Source: Halorhodospira halophila SL1 (GTDB lineage Bacteria > Pseudomonadota > Gammaproteobacteria > Nitrococcales > Halorhodospiraceae). Taken from it: a stretch of 32,000 bases of DNA. A program made the translations under genes and the position numbers. The DNA is taken from assembly GCF_000015585.1 (NCBI RefSeq), contig NC_008789.1, positions 330,001-362,000 of the forward strand, in the 5' to 3' direction. A model generated the notes under the pieces. It made no database searches, was not told the DNA's origin, and worked only from the letters and a program-made list of their open reading frames with translations. Every line of letters begins with the position of its first letter. Within the stretch, counting starts at the first letter, position 1. This document shows positions 8,248 through 18,939 of the stretch, in pieces.

Positions 8248-10260
8248 GTGCCGACCCCCCTGCGCAACCGCCTCGCTCCCCTGGCCATCGGCCTCCTGCT
8301 CCTCGCCCTGGTCCTCGGCGCCACCCGCAGCGACTGGCCGCCCCTGCGCGACGCCGTACAGACCGCCGAGCACTTCATCTACGACCAGCGCCTGGTCTGG
8401 TCCCAGCGGACCGGCATCGAGCAGCACGACGATGCCGAGATCGTCATCATCGACATCGACGAACGCAGCCTGGGCGCCGTTGGCCGCTGGCCTTGGCCGC
8501 GGGCGACCATGGCCGATCTGCTGGAGCAGCTGTGGGCCGCCGGCACCATCGTCGTCGCCTTCGATATCGTCTTCGCCGAGCCCGAGCGCAATCCGGCGGA
8601 GCGGGTGGCCCGCGGGGTCGACGACCCGGCGCTGCGAGAACGCCTCGGTGAACTCGCTCCGCGATTCGACGGCGACCGGCACCTGGCCGAGCAGCTGGCG
8701 CGCGGCGACGCGGTGCTCGGCTTCTTCCTGCACCGTGACGAGACCGCCACCCATACCGGCACCCTGCCCGAGCCGGCTCGAGGCGCGGAGGAGCTGGGCA
8801 CCGGGACGCCGGTGATCCACCGTTTCCAGGCGTACACCGGCAACCGCCCTGCACTCCAGGAGGCGGCCACCGGCGCCGGCGCCTTCAGCGTCATCCCCGA
8901 CGCCGACGGCGTGGTGCGCCGGGCGCCGCTGCTGCTGGGCCACGGCGATGCCGTCTATCCGGGCCTGGCGCTGGAGACGGCGCGGGTCTATCAGCTGCTC
9001 GACGACTTCCGGGTCGAGACGGTGGCCCTCGGCGCGCACACCGCCGTAGACGCCATCGAGCTCGGCGCCGCCCGGCTGCCCACCGACGCCCGGGGCCAGG
9101 CCCTGATCCCCTACCGCGGCCCCCGGGGCAGCTTCCCCTACATCAGCGCCGTGGACCTACTCCGCGGTGAGACCGACCCCGACGCCCTGGAGGGCGCCAT
9201 CGCCCTGATCGGCACCAGCGCCATGGGCCTCTACGACCTGCGCCCGACCCCGACCGATGCGGCCTTCCCCGGCGTCGAGATCCACGCCAATCTGCTTGCC
9301 GGCATCCTCGCCGACGACCTCCCCCGGAAGCCGGCCTGGGTGGACGGCGCCAACCTGGTCACCACGCTCACCGCAGGCCTGGTTGCCGCCGGGCTGCTGC
9401 CGTTTCTCGGCCCGCTGGCCACGCTGGCCGTAACGGCCGGGCTGCTGGCCCTGCTCGTCGGCGGCAATCTGTGGGCCTGGGCCCAGTGGGATCTGGCCCT
9501 GGGCGCCGCCGGCCCCCTGGCCGCGGTCCTGCTGATCGGCGCCGGGAACCTGACCTGGGGATTCCTGTTCGAGCACCGCCGCCGCCACCAGCTGCGCCAA
9601 CGCTTCGGCGAGTACGTCCCGCCGGAGCTGGTGGAGCGCATGGCCGAGGCGCCCACCGCCTACACCCAGACGGGGGAAACCCGCGAGATCACGGTGCTCT
9701 TCGCCGATATCCGCGGCTTCACCACGCTCTCCGAACGGCTCGACGCGGTGGCCCTGCGCGAGCTGCTCAACCGCTTCTTCACCCCCATGACCCGGGTCAT
9801 CTTCGAGCACGGCGGGACCATCGACAAATACGTGGGGGATCTGATCATGGCCTTCTGGGGGGCGCCCATGGACGACCCGGAACACCGCCGCCACGCCGTC
9901 GCCGCCGCGCTGGCCATGCAGCGCGAGGCGGAACGCCTGCGCGAGGAGCTGGCCCGCGAGGGGCTGCCGGCGATCGAGATCGGCATCGGCCTGAACTCCG
10001 GACCCGCCGCCGTCGGCGACATGGGTTCCGCCTATCGCCGCGCCTACACCGCCCTGGGCGACGCCGTGAACCTGGCCTCCCGGGTGGAGGGGCAGACCAA
10101 GGCCTACGGCGTCGGGCTCCTGGTCACCGAGCACACCCGTGCCGGCCTGGAGACGGTTTACGGGTTCCGCGAGATCGATCGGATCCAGGTCAAGGGCCGC
10201 AGCCAACCGGTCACGCTCTACGAGCCGGTCGAGGCCACGCAGTCACCTGCAGAAACCTGA
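8248..10260 (+). CDS. CHASE2 sensor domain-containing class III adenylate cyclase
   Basis: 670 aa. The GTG start lies 2 nt after the upstream TAG. Order: N-terminal TM, a periplasmic CHASE2-like region (IVIIDIDERSLGAVGRWPWPR), a cluster of TM helices, then the cyclase domain (VLFADIRGFTTLSE, KYVGDLIMAFWGAP, GDAVNLASRVEG). Substrate-specifying positions are Lys (codon 9826..9828) and Thr (10048..10050), the K/T pair of class IIIb ATP-specific cyclases. Confidence 0.9.
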   Translation: MPTPLRNRLAPLAIGLLLLALVLGATRSDWPPLRDAVQTAEHFIYDQRLVWSQRTGIEQHDDAEIVIIDIDERSLGAVGRWPWPRATMADLLEQLWAAGTIVVAFDIVFAEPERNPAERVARGVDDPALRERLGELAPRFDGDRHLAEQLARGDAVLGFFLHRDETATHTGTLPEPARGAEELGTGTPVIHRFQAYTGNRPALQEAATGAGAFSVIPDADGVVRRAPLLLGHGDAVYPGLALETARVYQLLDDFRVETVALGAHTAVDAIELGAARLPTDARGQALIPYRGPRGSFPYISAVDLLRGETDPDALEGAIALIGTSAMGLYDLRPTPTDAAFPGVEIHANLLAGILADDLPRKPAWVDGANLVTTLTAGLVAAGLLPFLGPLATLAVTAGLLALLVGGNLWAWAQWDLALGAAGPLAAVLLIGAGNLTWGFLFEHRRRHQLRQRFGEYVPPELVERMAEAPTAYTQTGETREITVLFADIRGFTTLSERLDAVALRELLNRFFTPMTRVIFEHGGTIDKYVGDLIMAFWGAPMDDPEHRRHAVAAALAMQREAERLREELAREGLPAIEIGIGLNSGPAAVGDMGSAYRRAYTALGDAVNLASRVEGQTKAYGVGLLVTEHTRAGLETVYGFREIDRIQVKGRSQPVTLYEPVEATQSPAET

Positions 10261-10345
10261 ACCTTTTTTATGGCTTCCAATTTCAGCCCGGCTCGCTTAG
10301 CTTAACCGTAAGGGCGCCAAGGTTAACCCCTTCTCCAGGGCAGCT

Positions 10346-11707
10346 ATGGGACGGCTGGGTATGATCAAACGCACCGGGCTCTGCGCCCTCTACCTTGCGC
10401 TCGGCCCCGGTCTGGCAACCGCGGAGCCCCCGTCCCAGCCTACAAAGGTTGAGATCAATCCGGACCGGGTCGCCTTGGAGATCCGGCGGGAACTCGATGC
10501 CGACCGCCCCGGGCAGGCCCTCACCCTGGCCCGAACCCACAAGGAACTCGCCGGATACCCCATCTACGACTTCGAGGCCGGGCGCGCCTACCTGCGCAGC
10601 GGGGATATCGACGAGGCGGTGGTGCACTTCGACCGGGCCGTCATGGTCGCCCCGGATGTGCCGCGCTACCGTCTGGAGTACGCCCGCGCGCTGTTCGCGG
10701 CCGAGGATCACGAGGCCTCTCAGCGTCAGTTTCAGCGCGTGCTGGATACCGATGTACCGGAGCCGGTGGCCCAGAACATCCGCCGCTTCCTGGAGGTCAT
10801 TGACGCCCGGCTCGCCTCTCGCCGCCCGGAGACCCGACTGGAGGTCGCCGCCGCCGCTGGCTACGACTCCAACCCGCTCTCGGCGGCGGACGACGAGTTC
10901 CTGCTCTTCGGCGTCTTCCCGCAGACCTTCGAGCGCGAGTCCGATACCTTCCTCGACACCCGCGCGCAGCTGGAACACCGCCGCCCCCGCACCCGGAGCA
11001 GCAGCTACCACTACCGTGGCGAGGTGGAGCACCGCCGCCACAGCGACGTCAGCGCCGCCGACCAGACCCAAGCGCGCCTGCGCGGCGGGTTGTCGTTCGA
11101 GGGGGCACAGGGCCGCTCCTACCGCCTGCCGGTGGAGGTGCAACACACCCGCCTGGACGGCGAGACCTTCCGCACCCGCGTCGCCTTCCTGCCCCAGGCG
11201 GTGCTCCCCGGGGCCCCGGACCGCCAACTGCGCCTGCAGGGCCAGCTGGCCTACGCCGATTACGACAACGACGACCGCGACGCCGTCACCCTCGGCGCCT
11301 CCGCCACCTCGCTGCACGTCCTCAACCCGGATAGCGGGCTCTTGCTCTACACCGGCCTGGCGGCCTCCTATGAGGACGCCGACGCCGACGCGTTCACCAC
11401 CACCCGCGCCGGCGCATTCGTAGGCGCCCAACGGGACCTGTTCCAGGACGCCACCGCCAGCGTCACGCTCACCGCCTCCCACGAGCGGGCCCGCGAGGCG
11501 CGCGCGATCCTCGGCCTCTTCCCGGAGGAGGACAACACCGCCGAGCGGGCCACGACGTTCGAGCTCCGCGGGGCCCTGGCCCACCCGCTGTGGGACTCCG
11601 GATTCACCGGCTTCGCCGAGGGCGCCCTGCGCGAGAAGCGCTCCAACATCGACCTGTTCGAGTTCACCCAGCGTGAGATCTTCGCCGGAGTGCGCTATGA
11701 CTACTGA
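10346..11707 (+). CDS. TPR plus beta-barrel outer membrane protein (Slam/DUF560-like architecture; family not verified)
   Basis: 453 aa with a signal peptide (LALGPGLATA|EP). TPR-like helices (GRAYLRSGDIDEAVVHFDRAVMVAPDVPRYRLEYARALF). The roughly 300-aa C-terminal part shows alternating strand patterns, a GYDSNP motif and an aromatic C-terminus (GVRYDY). Alternative ATG at 10361. Confidence 0.8.
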   Translation: MGRLGMIKRTGLCALYLALGPGLATAEPPSQPTKVEINPDRVALEIRRELDADRPGQALTLARTHKELAGYPIYDFEAGRAYLRSGDIDEAVVHFDRAVMVAPDVPRYRLEYARALFAAEDHEASQRQFQRVLDTDVPEPVAQNIRRFLEVIDARLASRRPETRLEVAAAAGYDSNPLSAADDEFLLFGVFPQTFERESDTFLDTRAQLEHRRPRTRSSSYHYRGEVEHRRHSDVSAADQTQARLRGGLSFEGAQGRSYRLPVEVQHTRLDGETFRTRVAFLPQAVLPGAPDRQLRLQGQLAYADYDNDDRDAVTLGASATSLHVLNPDSGLLLYTGLAASYEDADADAFTTTRAGAFVGAQRDLFQDATASVTLTASHERAREARAILGLFPEEDNTAERATTFELRGALAHPLWDSGFTGFAEGALREKRSNIDLFEFTQREIFAGVRYDY

Positions 11708-13325
11708 GCCCGGCCGCGCGGCCGCCCCGCTGGTTCTGGCCGCTGCCGTTCTTGGCGGCACCGCCGGCTACATCCCCCTGGTCGCAGCGGAGGAGCGCAT
11801 CGGCATCGTCCTCGCCAACCGCGGCGACCCGGTGCTGATCCGCGACGGCGAAGAACAGCCCGTGGGGCGCCGCGACGAGATCCGCGCCGGCGACCGGCTC
11901 AAGACGGACGATCGCTCGCGGCTGCAGATGCGGCTCAACGACGGCCAGACCCTGAGCCTGACCGAGAACACCGAGCTGCACATCGAGGCCTACCACTTCG
12001 ACGAAGACAGCGGTGCCGGGGAGAGCCGCAAGAGCCTGATCGAGGGCGGCCTGCGCGCCATCACCGGGCAGATCAGTGGCGAGGACGATTACACCATCGA
12101 GACCGAGGTGGCCACCATCGGCATCCGCGGGACCATCTTCGAACTCGCCCACAGCGACGGCATCACCGCCGGCGGCACGCCCCGCGGTCGCGGCTATGCC
12201 GAGAACCGCGGTGATAACCGGCAACGGATCAACACCGGCGACGACGCCCGCACCGACTACTACCGGGTGGTGGACGCCGACCTGCCGCCCGAGGCGCTGC
12301 CCGAGCGGCCGGCGGAGCTGGCGGCGCTCGATGAGGCCGCGCCTGATACGCCGGAGGACTCGGAAGCGACGGACGAGAACGGTTCCCAGCCATCCGAAGA
12401 CGACGCCGAGGAGACCTCAACCGACGAGCAGCAGGCCTCGGAAGAGACGGAAGGCGACATGGACACGCCGGAGGACAGCGATCTCCCGGCGACCGTCGAT
12501 GCACCGGTGGAGCCGGCAACCGATGACGGGATCGCGGTGGCGCAGCAAGAAACCGCAGCCAAGGAGGCCGAAGACGACACCGACGACATCGATGACACCG
12601 TAGAGCTGGACCACGACCTACTCGTCGACATCAACCCCGACGCCGCGGGCGTCGTCCCCGAGCCCGGTGAATCCTTCGTCTACATCCGCGGCGACGCCCG
12701 GGGGGCCGACGATCCGCTCTTCTTCCGCACTCCGACACTCGAGGAGCGGGAGGAGATGGCCCGTGAAGGGGACTGGGATTTCCACGCGGACGACGAGCAG
12801 GAGGAGTTCGGTCCCGCGACCGGGGAGTGGGGATACTGGTTTGAAACCGATAGCGACGAGATCGGGGGGTTCTGGATACAGGGGGAGAGCTACGTCGATG
12901 AGGTCGATCTCGAGCCGGAGGAAGAACTCCCCTTTTATGGCGGGTGGGTGGAGGCGGGTTGGTCTCGCGGCCTCCTTGGCGACCAAGGTGCTGCTTTTGA
13001 GGATGCGCGGATCACCATTGCTGAGGACCAAGCCGTCACACTTGAGCATTTCGAGATCCGGCAGTACCGACCCGACCACGAGAATCACCTGATCTGGCGC
13101 ACCGACAGAAAGGACACAAACCTAGGAGCGCTCGCAGAAGGCATCAACGTCTCCGGCGACATCCTGATCCTTGGGGAGTCGGCCGATGGCTTCTCCGGCG
13201 ACCTCGCCGCCATGCTCTCGCAGATGGACGAGACCCTGGAGCTTTTGGGTGAGTTCGACTTCCAGGCGGATGACAACGAAGACTGGGCGGTGGACGGCGT
13301 CTTTTTCCTGGAGCTGGACGACTGA
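11697..13325 (+). CDS. Secreted FecR-domain protein with an acidic linker and an aromatic/Gly-rich C-terminal domain
   Basis: I choose ATG 11697, which overlaps the OMP stop by 11 nt; the ORF-track start at 11673 is also possible. Signal peptide without a lipobox (LAAAVLGGTAGYIPLVAA|EE). FecR-like segment (IVLANRGDPVLIRDG...IRAGDRLKTDDRSRLQMRLNDGQTLSLTENTELHI). A D/E/T/P-rich linker spans about 12240..12640. The C-terminal region contains GEWGYWFE, PFYGGWVEAGW and LLGEFDFQADDNEDWAVDGVFFLELDD. Confidence 0.8.
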   Translation: MTTEPGRAAAPLVLAAAVLGGTAGYIPLVAAEERIGIVLANRGDPVLIRDGEEQPVGRRDEIRAGDRLKTDDRSRLQMRLNDGQTLSLTENTELHIEAYHFDEDSGAGESRKSLIEGGLRAITGQISGEDDYTIETEVATIGIRGTIFELAHSDGITAGGTPRGRGYAENRGDNRQRINTGDDARTDYYRVVDADLPPEALPERPAELAALDEAAPDTPEDSEATDENGSQPSEDDAEETSTDEQQASEETEGDMDTPEDSDLPATVDAPVEPATDDGIAVAQQETAAKEAEDDTDDIDDTVELDHDLLVDINPDAAGVVPEPGESFVYIRGDARGADDPLFFRTPTLEEREEMAREGDWDFHADDEQEEFGPATGEWGYWFETDSDEIGGFWIQGESYVDEVDLEPEEELPFYGGWVEAGWSRGLLGDQGAAFEDARITIAEDQAVTLEHFEIRQYRPDHENHLIWRTDRKDTNLGALAEGINVSGDILILGESADGFSGDLAAMLSQMDETLELLGEFDFQADDNEDWAVDGVFFLELDD

Positions 13326-13383
13326 ATCCGCCCACACCCGGCGCGTTGTGGTCCGGCGCCCCCGCTGCTAGGGTTGGCGAGAT

Positions 13384-14136
13384 ATGACCTACTGCCTCGC
13401 CATCGCTGTGGATGAAGGCCTGGTCTTCGCCTCCGACAGCCGCACCCACGCCGGGGTCGATCAGGTCAGCACCTACAGCAAGATGTTCGCCTACGCCCGC
13501 CCCGGCGAGCGGAGTCTGGTGGTGCTCTCCGCCGGCAACCTGGCCACCACCCAGGCGGTGGTCCGGCGGCTCAACCGGGACTGGCAGACCGGCGCCGAGC
13601 CCTCGCTGGCGAACACGCCCACCCTCGAGGACGCCGCCGAGTACCTGGGTGAGGTCAGCGTCGAGCTGCAGCGCCGCTCGGTGGAGCAGTCCGGACAGCA
13701 GAACGGCCTGGCGGTGGAGGCCACCTTCCTCATCGGCGGTCAGATCCAGGGGCAGGCGCCGGGGATCTACATGGTCTATCCCCAGGGGAACTTCATCACC
13801 GCCTCGCCACTGCACCCGTTCCTGCAGATCGGCGAGACCAAGTACGGCAAGCCGATCCTCGATCGCATCGTCTCCGAGCAGCTGCCACTGGAGCGCGCCG
13901 CCACCTGCGCGCTGATCTCCATCGACTCGACCATGCGCAGCAACCTCTCCGTGGGCCCGCCGGTGGAGCTCCTCACCTACCGGCGCGACAGCCTCGACCC
14001 CGGCCACTACCGGGCCTTCCAGCCGGACGACCCCTACTTCGCCGACCTACGCGATGCCTGGCGGGACGGCCTGCAGCAGCTCTTCGATCAGCTGGCCGCC
14101 CCGCCGCTGGACCCGGCCGCCCCCACCACCTCCTGA
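13384..14136 (+). CDS. Anbu-type proteasome-like peptidase (Ntn hydrolase, T1 family)
   Basis: 250 aa starting MTYCLAIAVDEGLVFASDSRT. Thr immediately follows Met with no propeptide, as in Anbu. It also has GNLATTQ and LIGGQ...PGIYMVYPQGNF. Confidence 0.85.
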   Translation: MTYCLAIAVDEGLVFASDSRTHAGVDQVSTYSKMFAYARPGERSLVVLSAGNLATTQAVVRRLNRDWQTGAEPSLANTPTLEDAAEYLGEVSVELQRRSVEQSGQQNGLAVEATFLIGGQIQGQAPGIYMVYPQGNFITASPLHPFLQIGETKYGKPILDRIVSEQLPLERAATCALISIDSTMRSNLSVGPPVELLTYRRDSLDPGHYRAFQPDDPYFADLRDAWRDGLQQLFDQLAAPPLDPAAPTTS

Positions 14137-15125
14137 ATGAAGCGCAGCTTCTCGGCCACCGGCTCGGTGACCTTGAACGGATAGGGATCGCGCTGCCCGA
14201 GGCTGCGCGACAGGGCGTTGAGCGCCTCGCTGAGCTGGTGCCAGCGCTCGAGCAGCTGCTCGATGTCCTCCCCCGCCTGCGGCATCCCGGTGAGCTGGTA
14301 GACGCCGGCGGTCTCCAGGGCGTCGGTGATGTGCAGGTAGTGCGCCCAGCTCTCGGCCCAGTCCTCCCAGGGGTGCGAGGCCGCATAGGCGCTGATGTGG
14401 CGCACGGCCCAGTCCGGCCCCTGGGGGCCAAACTGGTAGTAGCGCTGCAGCGCCTGCTCGTAGGGCTCGCGCTCGTCGCCGAAGAGCGCGCGGAAACGCT
14501 CCTGCCACGGCGAGCCCTCGATCAGCCGCATCCAGTAGTAGTGGCCGATCTCGTGGCGCATGTGCCCGAGCAGGGTGCGGTAGGCCTCGCCCAAGGCGAT
14601 GCGGGTGCGCTCCCGGTGGATCTCGTCGGCCTCGGCGACGTTGATGGTGATCCGCCCCCCGGCGTGACCGGTGATGATCTGCTGCGGCCCCTCGGGGGTA
14701 TCGGCATCCGCCAGGAACTGGAAGACCAGGCCGCGCTGCGGGTCCTGCCAGCGGTCGGCCAGGGGCAGGCCGAGTCGCAGCAGATCGGTGATGAGGTAGC
14801 GCTTGGCCGCCTCCAGCCGCCCCCAGTAGATGCGGTTGAGCTCGTTATCCAGGTCGGGGATGGTGTCGGTCAGGCGGCAGGCCAGACACAGGGCGTCGCC
14901 GCTTTCCGCCGGCACCAGCCAGTCGCAGCTGGCGGCCACCACATTGGCGCAGTTGCGGTAGCGCTGCCCGCCGCCCCCGGGGGCCCGCCAGAGCCCGTCG
15001 GCGCCGGCGTCCAGGGCCACCACCGCGCGGCGGGCCGGATCGAAGCCCAGCGCCCGGCCGCAGCTCAGGCAACGGGTGTTGCCGAAGTGCAGCCGGTTGC
15101 CGCAGGCGCAGTGGAAGAGGCGCAT
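14088..15125 (-). CDS. Zinc-ribbon plus HExxH putative zinc metallopeptidase
   Basis: 345 aa. N-terminal Cys clusters (FHCACGNRLHFGNTRCLSCG and CDWLV..CLAC) and an HEIGHYYW metalloprotease motif. It starts 3 nt after the alpha-E gene stop. Its 3' end overlaps the Anbu 3' end. Confidence 0.8.
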   Translation of the reverse strand: MRLFHCACGNRLHFGNTRCLSCGRALGFDPARRAVVALDAGADGLWRAPGGGGQRYRNCANVVAASCDWLVPAESGDALCLACRLTDTIPDLDNELNRIYWGRLEAAKRYLITDLLRLGLPLADRWQDPQRGLVFQFLADADTPEGPQQIITGHAGGRITINVAEADEIHRERTRIALGEAYRTLLGHMRHEIGHYYWMRLIEGSPWQERFRALFGDEREPYEQALQRYYQFGPQGPDWAVRHISAYAASHPWEDWAESWAHYLHITDALETAGVYQLTGMPQAGEDIEQLLERWHQLSEALNALSRSLGQRDPYPFKVTEPVAEKLRFIQEVVGAAGSSGGAAS

Positions 15126-15128
15126 GGC

Positions 15129-16060
15129 TCAGCCTTCCGAGAAGTACGTCTCCCCCAGACTGGCATGGACCTGACTGAGGTCAACCTGCAGCGCATCCAG
15201 CCGCCGGTGCAGCGCCCCGGCATCCAGCGGCGCCTCCACCGGCGCGGTGGCCCGCTCCTCGGCGGCGGCGAGCAGACGGCACGGCGACTCGGGGTGGGGG
15301 AGTTCCCCCAGGGCCCGCTCCATGCGCTGGGTGCAGAAGCGCACCGAGCGCGGGAAGCGGTCATCGCGCAGCAGGAAGTCCACCACCCCGGGCCCCTGGA
15401 TCCCCGGGCCGCGCTGCTGGCGGAACTGGCTGTAGCCGCCCAGGTAGCGCAGCATGTTCATCCACACGGCGTCGTCCCAGGTGGGTGGGTGGTCGTCTTC
15501 GTCCCGGGGCAGCGTCGCCGCCCGCACGTCGATGGTGCGGGTGGTCATGTCGGCGCGCTCCAGGTGGCGGCCGAGCATCAGGAACTGGTAGGTCGGCCCG
15601 CGGGAGAGGGTCCCCTCGATGACCCCGCTGATGCCCTGGGCGTACTCGATGACCCCGCGCAGGTACTCGAAGCGGTGGGTCCGATCGACCGCCGTCTCGG
15701 CGCCGCGGTGGGTGTGGAAGTAGAGCTGGTTGATCCGCTCGCGCAGCTCGTCGGGGAGCAGATCGCGCACCGTGCGGGCGTTCTCCCGCGCCCGCACCAC
15801 CGCCGCGTGGATCGAGCTCGGGTGCTGCGAGGCGGGAATCAGCTCAAGCATGGCGGCGCGTTCCGGGGTACGGTTCGGGTCGCACTGCGCCGCGGCCTCC
15901 GGCCCGCCGAGGACCTCCACCAGCGCCCGCCAGTCGATGCGCACCGCGTGGGGCTGATCCAGCGCCAGGTGCGTACCGGTGCTGATCAGCCGCGCGGTAT
16001 TCTCGGCCCGCTCCAGGTAGCGGGCCATCCAATAGACGTGCTCAGCCAGGCGCGAAAGCA

Positions 16061-16061
<1 letters not shown>
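15129..16061 (-). CDS. Alpha-E domain protein
   Basis: 310 aa with the characteristic N-terminus MLSRLAEHVYWMARYLERAENTARL and a later HLERADMTTR. Its ATG shares one base with the upstream TGA (TGATG junction at 16061). Confidence 0.9.
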
Positions 16062-17527
<1,466 letters not shown>

Positions 17528-17587
17528 GGGGAGCTCCTCTCTCGCCCTCCCCTAGCTAAGCACACTCCGTGCCAGGCTTTCTAGCGG

Positions 17588-18880
17588 TCAGTGCAACACC
17601 GTCAGCCACCCCGCCAGCGCCAGGAGCGTGACCAGCAGCACCGGCGGCGTGATCACGATGCCGATGGCGAAGTACTTGGCCCAGGTGATGTGCACCCCCT
17701 TGCGCGCCAGCACGTGCAGCCAAAGCAGCGTGGCGAGACTGCCGATGGGTGTGATCTTCGGCCCCAGGTCGGAGCCGACCACGTTGGCGTAGATCATCGC
17801 CTCCTTAACCAGCCCGGTAGCCGCTGATTCATCGATGGAGAGCGCCACCACCATCACACCGGGCATGTTGTTCATCACCGAGGCGAGGAAGGCGGCGATA
17901 AAGCCGGTCCCCACCGTCGCAACCCACACACCCTGCTCGGCGATGACATCCAGCAGGCCGGCGACCTCGCCGGTCAGCCCCTCGTTGCGCAGGCCGTAGA
18001 CGACCAGGTACATGCCCACCGAGAAGATGACGATCTGCCAGGGGGCGTTCTTGAGGACCGTCCGCGTGGCGATGGCGTGGCCCCGCGCCGCCACGGCGAG
18101 CAGGATCGCGGCGCCGACGCCGACGATCGCCGAGATGGGCACCCCCATCGGCTCGATCACCAGGAAGGCGAAGAGCAGCAGGCCGAGCACCCCCCAACCG
18201 GCCTTGAAGACCGCCGGATCCTTGATCGCCTCCTGCGGATCGCGCAGCCCGTGGGTCTCGTAAACCCGCGGGATCTGCTTGCGGAAGAACAGGGTCAGCA
18301 CCGCCAGCGAGGCCACCACCGAGACCACGGTCACCGGCACCATCACCGTCGCATACTCTTTGAAGCCGATGCCGAAGAAATCCGCCGAGACGATGTTCAC
18401 CAGGTTGGAGATGACCAGCGGCAGCGAGGCGGTATCGGCGATGAACCCGGCGGCGATCACGAAGGCGAAGGCCGCCCCTGCGGTGAAGCCCAGAGCCAGC
18501 AGCATCTCCAGCACGATGGGGGTGAGCATCAGCGCCGCGCCGTCGTTGGCGAAGATCGCCGCCACCGCGGCACCGAGCAGGATGATGAAGGCGTAGAGGC
18601 GCAGACCGCTGCCCCTGCCCCAGCGCGCTACGTGGAGTGCGGCCCACTCGAAGAAGCCGGCCTCGTCGAGCAGCAGCGAGATGATGATGATGAACACGAA
18701 GGTCAGGGTCGCGTTCCAGACGATATCGACCACGATGGGCACATCGCTGAGCTCGACGACGCCCGTGGCCAGCGCGACCAGGGCGCCGGCGGTGGCGCTC
18801 CAGCCGATCCCCAGGCCCTTGGGCTGCCAGATGACCAGGGCGATGGTGACGACGAAGATCGCAATCGCGGCTAACAGCAT
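17588..18880 (-). CDS. arsB: Arsenite efflux permease ArsB (ArsB/NhaD superfamily)
   Basis: 430 aa, near-collinear with E. coli ArsB as I recall it ([31 protein letters not shown] ... NNMP..., [19 protein letters not shown]). Confidence 0.93.
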   Translation of the reverse strand: MLLAAIAIFVVTIALVIWQPKGLGIGWSATAGALVALATGVVELSDVPIVVDIVWNATLTFVFIIIISLLLDEAGFFEWAALHVARWGRGSGLRLYAFIILLGAAVAAIFANDGAALMLTPIVLEMLLALGFTAGAAFAFVIAAGFIADTASLPLVISNLVNIVSADFFGIGFKEYATVMVPVTVVSVVASLAVLTLFFRKQIPRVYETHGLRDPQEAIKDPAVFKAGWGVLGLLLFAFLVIEPMGVPISAIVGVGAAILLAVAARGHAIATRTVLKNAPWQIVIFSVGMYLVVYGLRNEGLTGEVAGLLDVIAEQGVWVATVGTGFIAAFLASVMNNMPGVMVVALSIDESAATGLVKEAMIYANVVGSDLGPKITPIGSLATLLWLHVLARKGVHITWAKYFAIGIVITPPVLLVTLLALAGWLTVLH

Positions 18881-18939
18881 GGGGTGGTTATCCTTTTGGC
18901 CGGTCGGCCGATGGAAGCGGGCTTGATTGTTCGCAAGAG

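Noticed and set aside
10261-10345. An inverted repeat, TTAACC-13 nt-GGTTAA, and a T-run after the cyclase stop, considered as a terminator or operator.
   Set aside because: The stem is only 6 bp and AT-containing. The T-run precedes rather than follows it. The support is too weak to call; it may still harbour an internal promoter for the OMP gene.
12240-12640. The acidic D/E/T/P stretch in the FecR-like gene, considered as a DNA tandem repeat or contingency locus.
   Set aside because: It is low-complexity at the protein level, but I see no exact repeating DNA unit. It is interpreted as a disordered acidic linker, consistent with the generally acidic proteome.
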